Positions 58,644 to 64,000 of a stretch of DNA of 64,000 bases are shown here, piece after piece. The stretch is from assembly GCA_965242555.1 (NCBI GenBank), contig CBDESO010000010.1:37026-101025 (forward strand). Direction: 5' to 3'. Numbering within the stretch: position 1 is the stretch's first letter; each line of letters begins with the position of its first letter. The position numbers and the translations under genes were made by a program. The notes below the pieces were generated by a model. It was given only the letters and a program-made list of their open reading frames with translations, was not told the DNA's origin and did no database searches. Source of the DNA: Dehalococcoidia bacterium. Its GTDB lineage: Bacteria; Chloroflexota; Dehalococcoidia; Lucifugimonadales; JADFKI01.

Positions 58644-59471
58644 CTATATCACCTCCTCCGACTCCCCCACATCCCCCGCTGCCTCCCCGCCCAGCTCAGC
58701 CCCCGCCGCCTTGATAGCCCCGAACTCGCCCCTATATGCGTTATGCAGACTCCGCGCGTCGCTGCTATACAGCACAAACCGCGCCCCCTCGCGCAGCCAC
58801 TTGATTGTCAGCTCAACCGTCTGATGATGTATCAGCGTAGGCACCCCCGCCGCCCGGCACTTCCCGATAATCTCCCGCAGCGCCGCCTCATACGCCGGGT
58901 GGTCGTACTGATCCGGCACCCCCAGCGTGATGCTCAGATCATTCGGCCCCACGAATATCGCGTCAATGCCCTGCACCTTCAGTATGTTGTCCAGGTTCTC
59001 GATCGCCGGAACGCTCTCGATCCCGATGATGCACACATTATTGCGATTGCGCGCCTCCAGATACGCCTTGCTCGCCGCGCTCGGAAACTCGCCCGCATCC
59101 ACCGCCCGCCGCACCAGCGCCCCCTTCAGCGGCCGCCACTTCGCCGCCCCCACCACATCCTTCGCCTCCTCCACCGTCTCGCAATACGGCGCAAGCACCC
59201 CCTGCGCCCCCGCGTCCAGCGCCATCGTAACATAATGCGAATCCGGTATCGGCACCCGCACAATCGGCGCAACCCCGCTGAATGTGAACGCCGCGATAAA
59301 ATCCGCCACATCCATCCTGCCCCGCGGCGAATGCTCGGTGTCTATGATCACATAGTCAATCCCGAAATTAGCGAAAGCGCTAGTCCACCGCGGATTGCGC
59401 CCCACGCTAATCATCGTCCCATACACAATCCCCCCGCCCTGAACCTTAGCCTTCAGCTCTGCCCCATTCAT
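58644..59471 (-). CDS. HpcH/HpaI-family aldolase
   Basis: GIDYVIIDTEHSP, GVLAPYCETVEEA, DAIFVGPNDLS. Confidence 0.85.
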   Translation of the reverse strand: MNGAELKAKVQGGGIVYGTMISVGRNPRWTSAFANFGIDYVIIDTEHSPRGRMDVADFIAAFTFSGVAPIVRVPIPDSHYVTMALDAGAQGVLAPYCETVEEAKDVVGAAKWRPLKGALVRRAVDAGEFPSAASKAYLEARNRNNVCIIGIESVPAIENLDNILKVQGIDAIFVGPNDLSITLGVPDQYDHPAYEAALREIIGKCRAAGVPTLIHHQTVELTIKWLREGARFVLYSSDARSLHNAYRGEFGAIKAAGAELGGEAAGDVGESEEVI

Positions 59472-59575
59472 TCCTGACCTCCCTAGTTATCCTGTATTGA
59501 TTGCCGCCCCGATTTTACCCATCCCGATGCCCCTGTCAAGCGCCCGCCCTGCATACTTACATATCCGGCTACCAT

Positions 59576-59626
59576 CCCCACTCAAAAGTTTTTGCCTACT
59601 TTTTTCTAAAAAGTAGCGTCCCCCCG
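59576..59626 (+). repeat. AT-rich double-palindrome intergenic element, copy C
   Basis: CCCCACTCAAAAGTTTTTGCCTACTTTTTTCTAAAAAGTAGCGTCCCCCCG. Ends 8 nt from the stop codon of the 59634..60440 gene. Confidence 0.85.
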
Positions 59627-59633
59627 TTTTTCG

Positions 59634-60440
59634 CTAACTCCCATTCCTACCGCGCACCGCCACCACAACCATCGCCCCCATCAGCGCCGCCGCCCCCGCC
59701 AGCGCCACCGTCGCCGCCCACCGCAGCGCCCCCGCCCTTCCCCGATGCCCCTCTATCGCCGCCGCCGTCCGCTCATCCAGCCCCGCGAACAAATCGTTCA
59801 GCGGCGCCATAATCAGCGCCTTCTCACGATGATAATCCGCCCCGTGCAGCGCCGCTATCGCCGCCTGCTGATCCCTGTGAATCTCCACCATATCCCCATC
59901 CCCCACAATCCGCTCCAGCAGCCGCAATATGCCGAACCCGCCGCCCGACTCCTCGCGCTGGCTCAGCTCCATCATAGCGTCTATCGCGCTAATCTCAATC
60001 TCAGCGAGAAAATTGGACTCGTCCTCCGACCTCGCCAAAAAATCCAACTCTTCCTGAGTGAACCCCGCCTCCCGCATCAGCGCCCGCAACGCAATCGCAT
60101 CCCCATCCCCGCGCGGAGCTTGCCCCGTATCGGTCACCAGATCCCAATATATCCCGTTGTAATCCAACGGCCGCGCCGCCGCGCCGCTGCGAATATCCAA
60201 TATCCGCTGAAAATACTCCGCGAACCGCGCATCCCCCGTTACCGCATACGTCCGCGCCATCCGTGTCAGATCATCCGACGACTGCCGCAGCTCATCCGCC
60301 AGCAGATACGCCCGATACCGCAGCTCATGCGCCTCCCCCGCCGCTCGCTCAGCCGCCGCGCTCAGCATATACAGCGCCCCCGCAACCACCGCCAAAACCA
60401 GCGCCACCGCCGGCAGCCCAACCCGCAAATTCCTGTTCAT
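59634..60440 (-). CDS. membrane-anchored protein with extracytoplasmic helical sensor-like domain, no output domain
   Basis: N-terminal TM LRVGLPAVALVLAVVAGALYML, C-terminal TM AATVALAGAAALMGAMVVVAV. YRAYLLADELRQSSDDLTRMARTYAVTGDARFAEYF resembles ligand-sensor modules of kinases and cyclases. Confidence 0.6.
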   Translation of the reverse strand: MNRNLRVGLPAVALVLAVVAGALYMLSAAAERAAGEAHELRYRAYLLADELRQSSDDLTRMARTYAVTGDARFAEYFQRILDIRSGAAARPLDYNGIYWDLVTDTGQAPRGDGDAIALRALMREAGFTQEELDFLARSEDESNFLAEIEISAIDAMMELSQREESGGGFGILRLLERIVGDGDMVEIHRDQQAAIAALHGADYHREKALIMAPLNDLFAGLDERTAAAIEGHRGRAGALRWAATVALAGAAALMGAMVVVAVRGRNGS

Positions 60441-60604
60441 TGGATCCGCCTTCTAAGTTGCCTTTATGGGTATTTTGAGATGCTGATATGTTGCGCCGCC
60501 CCTTGCGACCAACCGCCCCCGCGTCACTTGCGCCGCTTACTCTTGCCACATCGGTTTTGTTGCGTAGAGTAGCAATCGCCCCCACTACCGATTGCGCCGC
60601 TAGG

Positions 60605-61363
60605 CTACATAGCAATCGCCCCCCCATCTATCACCAACTCCGACCCCGTCACATACGACGAATCATCCGACGCCAAATACAGCACCCCCTTCGCTATCTC
60701 ATCCACCGTCCCCATCCTATTCATCGGCACCCGCGCCAGCCGCGACTCCAGCCGCGCCCTATCACCCATCGCCGACGCCAGCATATCCGTGTCTATCGGC
60801 CCCGGATGCACCGAATTGCACCTTATCCCGTCCGCCGCGTGCTGCGACGCCGTCACCTTGCTGAATATCCGAACCGCCCCCTTGCTCGCCGCATACGCCG
60901 GCTCCTGATGCAAACTCTGCCCTATCCCCGCCACCGACGATATGTTCACGATAGACCCGCCGCCCGCCCTTCGCATCTCAGGTATCGCATGCTTCGTCCC
61001 CAGAAACACCCCCTTCGCGTTCACCTCAAACACCCTATCCCACTCAGCCGCCGAGCGCTCTTCTATGGGAACCCTGTCTATGATAATCGCCGCGTTGTTC
61101 ACCAGCACATCCATCCTGCCGTACTCCGCCACCGCCGCCTGAACCGCCGCCTGCCAGTCCGCCTCGCTAGTAACATCCAGGTGAACATACAGCGCATCGC
61201 CGCCCAGCTCGTTTATCTCAGCCTCCACCTGCCGCCCCTGGTCATCCAGAATATCCCCCAGCACCACCTTAGCCCCTTCCCGCGCGAACAGCCGCGCCTC
61301 AGCCGCGCCCTGCCCCCGCGCGCCCCCGCTAATCAGCGCCACCTTGCCGTCCAACTTGCCCAT
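60605..61363 (-). CDS. SDR-family oxidoreductase (paralog of 55548..56297)
   Basis: Start ATG 61363 (MGKLDGKVALISGGARGQG). NNAA, YAASK, SELVIDGG. Confidence 0.9.
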   Translation of the reverse strand: MGKLDGKVALISGGARGQGAAEARLFAREGAKVVLGDILDDQGRQVEAEINELGGDALYVHLDVTSEADWQAAVQAAVAEYGRMDVLVNNAAIIIDRVPIEERSAAEWDRVFEVNAKGVFLGTKHAIPEMRRAGGGSIVNISSVAGIGQSLHQEPAYAASKGAVRIFSKVTASQHAADGIRCNSVHPGPIDTDMLASAMGDRARLESRLARVPMNRMGTVDEIAKGVLYLASDDSSYVTGSELVIDGGAIAM

Positions 61364-61446
61364 AATCGCCCTCCGGCATTCGCTCAGCGAAATATCGCCC
61401 GCCGCGTCCAAGCCCGTGAACGCGGCGAGCGCTCCCTCGCTATCCC

Positions 61447-62553
61447 CTAATACGTCCGCAATCGCGGTATATCCAGCTCCTCGCAGATCTCCCCGAACCA
61501 GCCCACCACCTCCGTATGCAGCGGCGTCCCGTTGGCGCGCCGATCTTGCTCCTCCTCATACTCCGACAGCCCCGGATACAGCACCCGCTCGCTGCCCGGC
61601 TCCGGCGGCGTCTCGCGCAGCGTCCGCAGCATCTCGTCCATATTGCTCTTGAAATTGTCCACATCCGTGAACGACGCGATGTCATACGCCGCGAAGTAGT
61701 GCTTGTACCCCGTCTGGAAATACTCGTCATCCAGAACCGCCGGCACGGACCCCGACATAAACGCGCAGAGTATATCCACGATCATCAGGAACCCGTACCC
61801 CTTATGCGACCCATTTTCCCGTGTCCCCCCCATCGGCAGCAGATTGCCGTAGCTCACATTCTCGCCCTCAGGAACCGGCATCTCCTCCATAATCGGGCTG
61901 CCCTGCTCGTCCGTAACCCAGCCCGGCAGCAGATCCGACCCCACGCGCCTTGCCAGCGAGAACTTATTCCCCGCTATCTGCGACGTCGCCGCGTCAAACA
62001 GCAGCGGCGCTTCCCTATTCGCCGGCGCCGCAATGGAAATCGGATTCGTCCCGAACCGCCCTTCCGCCCCAAACGTCGGCACAACGCCTCTGCCCGCTGA
62101 CGTCGCGCACATCCCCACCATATCCTGCTGCGCCGCCAGCATCGAGAAATGCCCAACCGCGCCCAGATGCGCGCCGTTATTCATCGTAACCACGCCGATC
62201 CCCACATTGCGCGCCTTCTCAATCGCAATATTCATCGCCCGCTTGCCCAGAACGACCCCCAGCCCCTTATCCGCGTTAATCACCGCCGTGGCGGGAGTCT
62301 CGCGCTCGATGCGCCAATCCGGCGTAGGATTCACCTGCCCGCTAGTGTACTGCGTAACATACGCCCGCAGCATATTGGAAACGCCATGCGTCTCCACCCC
62401 GCGCAAATCCGTCATAGACAGCACCGCCGCCGCCTCGACCGCATCCGCCTCCGACACCCCCATCTTCTCAAAGATGGCCTGAATAACCTCCGACAGCGAC
62501 TCTATCGGAACCCTAACCTCATCCCCCTTAGGCACCTTAAACCGTTCCAGCAT
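61447..62553 (-). CDS. Ldh_2-family (malate/L-lactate/sulfolactate dehydrogenase type 2) oxidoreductase
   Basis: DLRGVETHGVSNML, GAHLGAVGHF, NPISIAAP, GSHKGYGF. Start ATG 62553 (MLERFKVPKG). Confidence 0.85.
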   Translation of the reverse strand: MLERFKVPKGDEVRVPIESLSEVIQAIFEKMGVSEADAVEAAAVLSMTDLRGVETHGVSNMLRAYVTQYTSGQVNPTPDWRIERETPATAVINADKGLGVVLGKRAMNIAIEKARNVGIGVVTMNNGAHLGAVGHFSMLAAQQDMVGMCATSAGRGVVPTFGAEGRFGTNPISIAAPANREAPLLFDAATSQIAGNKFSLARRVGSDLLPGWVTDEQGSPIMEEMPVPEGENVSYGNLLPMGGTRENGSHKGYGFLMIVDILCAFMSGSVPAVLDDEYFQTGYKHYFAAYDIASFTDVDNFKSNMDEMLRTLRETPPEPGSERVLYPGLSEYEEEQDRRANGTPLHTEVVGWFGEICEELDIPRLRTY

Positions 62554-62791
62554 ATTGAAACCCCTCTCGTCTTTCGCTCTTTGTAATCCGCTTATTCGCA
62601 ATGCGTACAATCGCCCACGCGCAATAATTATGACGCTTACGCCAGCGATCCGCCGGCCCTATCCAACGCACAATCATCATATTAACACGAAAGCGAGATA
62701 CAATGCCGCCTTGCCCCAAACAAACGCCAAAACCTATGCTTGAGAACACGCTGGGCTTGCCTGCCCAAAAGACGAACCAAACTAGGAAGAC

Positions 62792-63394
62792 TTGAATATG
62801 AAAAAAGCGATAATGGCAATAGCGGCGCTCTTGGCGCTAATACTCGGCTGCGGCGATGTCGTGGACGTCAGCCCTGAAGAATGGGCGCAGAACACCGCTC
62901 GCATAGAGGCCGGCTCCGAGGCGCTGCGCGAATACGTCGACTTGATGCGGGACTTGGAATCCAGCGCAAAGCGCATCACCGAACTGAACGCCGACCTATT
63001 TGACAGCGAGTCCCTTGACGCGGACGAATTCACCAGGACAAACGACGCCATCGTCAGCGGCGCAAAGGCGCAGGCTGAGGCGCTGCGCGAACTGGCGGCG
63101 GCTATGCGCGAAGTGAATGAGGCCGCGCGCGAGTCTGATGAACTACAAACTTCATTCCCGCGCGCAGGCGGCGATATACAAGCCGCCACCGAAGAGCAGC
63201 GAGAGTGCTACTACGCCTTGCTCTACCGCAGCCTCAACTACGGCGCGGGACATGTGGAAGTGGCGCGCCTGGTCTTGCAACTTGATCCGACGACTATGAC
63301 GGTTCTTGAGCGGCGGGTTATGGACGAGATTCTGTCCTCTATGGACAGCGACATCGTAGCCGCCTGCGACGACTACATCTACGGCGGCCCCTAA
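62792..63394 (+). CDS. lipoprotein, hypothetical
   Basis: Signal peptide with lipobox: MNMKKAIMAIAALLALILGCGD. Helical, acidic mature part. Confidence 0.7.
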   Translation: MNMKKAIMAIAALLALILGCGDVVDVSPEEWAQNTARIEAGSEALREYVDLMRDLESSAKRITELNADLFDSESLDADEFTRTNDAIVSGAKAQAEALRELAAAMREVNEAARESDELQTSFPRAGGDIQAATEEQRECYYALLYRSLNYGAGHVEVARLVLQLDPTTMTVLERRVMDEILSSMDSDIVAACDDYIYGGP

Positions 63395-63417
63395 CCCACG
63401 CGCCGCGCCGACGCCCT

Positions 63418-63466
63418 GCCTGCCCCCGGCGACAACCCGTCGGGGCAGGCGGTAGCGTTTCCTTCT
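63418..63466 (+). terminator. Rho-independent terminator after the lipoprotein gene
   Basis: GCCTGCCCC(C)G / CGGGGCAGGC stem (63418-63450) followed by GGTAGCGTTTCCTTCT. Confidence 0.5.
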
Positions 63467-63548
63467 AGACGCCCCCGCATTTTGAAAACAACCCTTGACA
63501 CCGCCCTACCATCCCCGCTATTCTTATATCAGAACAAATTATCAGCAA

Positions 63549-63599
63549 CCCACCCAAAAGTTTTTTGCTACTTTTTTAGAAAAAAGTAGGGTCCCCCGG
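63549..63599 (+). repeat. AT-rich double-palindrome intergenic element, copy D
   Basis: CCCACCCAAAAGTTTTTTGCTACTTTTTTAGAAAAAAGTAGGGTCCCCCGG. Ends 21 nt before ATG 63621. Confidence 0.85.
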
Positions 63600-63620
63600 C
63601 GGGGAGGCTTGGAGGCAAAC

Positions 63621-64000
63621 ATGACAACCGCAACCGCAACCCGCGAACCCCTAACGGAAGAGCGAATCGCATCCGAACAAGCCCGCGTGCGCCACAACCT
63701 AGCCACATTCGTCAACCAACTAACCAACGACGGCGCCGACATAGCCCAATTCCTATACGACACCGCCCAAGGCGAATACCCCGACGCCAAGCACCACCAC
63801 CGCCAACAAGCCGCCCGCGACCTAGCCGTTATGAGCGGCAAACTCCCCCAAGACACTCCGGGATCCGCCGCCCGCGTCGTCCGCGAAGAAGATATGCCCA
63901 AACCCAAAGCGCCCAAAGTAACCCTAAAACAAATCATCAACAAACCCATCGGCGCGTACATACGCGAAAAAACCGACGACTGCCGCGACCTCGCAACCGA
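63621..64000 (+). CDS. hypothetical protein, 5' partial (runs off the window)
   Basis: Hand translation MTTATATREPLTEERIASEQARVRHNLATFVNQLTNDGADIAQFLYDTAQGEYPDAKHHH..., open to the window end. GGAGG 5 nt upstream. Not in the ORF track because it has no stop. Confidence 0.55.
   Translation, partial: MTTATATREPLTEERIASEQARVRHNLATFVNQLTNDGADIAQFLYDTAQGEYPDAKHHHRQQAARDLAVMSGKLPQDTPGSAARVVREEDMPKPKAPKVTLKQIINKPIGAYIREKTDDCRDLAT

Overview
High-GC bacterial chromosomal segment (hand counts of single 60-nt lines give about 40/60 G+C in core genes). Phylum cannot be assigned without a database search. The core is one long + strand ribosomal superoperon (str-S10-spc-alpha) from rpsL at 10.25 kb to rpsI at 33.7 kb. 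It includes fusA, secY, adk, map, infA, rpoA and truA, and has no tuf between fusA and rpsJ. Oddities inside it: long Pro/Ala-rich tails on S3, S17 and S5, a frameshifted map, and a polytopic membrane-protein gene between rpsK and rpsD. Left flank: a lower-GC accessory island (0.7-4.7 kb) with a three-gene minus-strand cassette encoding two PD-(D/E)XK-like nucleases, and a divergent, translationally coupled ABC-like ATPase + DUF4276/Toprim-like pair. Next come a cobalt-type nitrile hydratase operon with an embedded flavodoxin gene, and cobJ/cobB. Right flank: a methyltransferase-HNH fusion, a GT4 glycosyltransferase, tandem Uma2-family nuclease genes (one frameshifted) and a 2,024-aa cadherin-repeat surface protein behind a 0.8-kb repeat-rich non-coding region. 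These are followed by a VapBC module with an extra antitoxin gene, a PPTATPV-repeat secreted protein, AddAB-like helicase-nuclease genes and tRNA-Gly(CCC). Beside the tRNA sits a coupled DUF4365-like nuclease + unknown 378-aa protein cassette, then SDR, aldolase and Ldh_2 genes. Best candidates for undescribed biology: (1) the DUF4365 + unknown-partner cassette next to tRNA-Gly; (2) the nuclease cassette plus ATPase/DUF4276 pair in the left island; (3) the MTase-HNH fusion; (4) a co-oriented AT-rich double-palindrome intergenic repeat family with 4 clear copies and 1 degenerate copy. All functional calls rest on motif recognition by eye; no searches were run.
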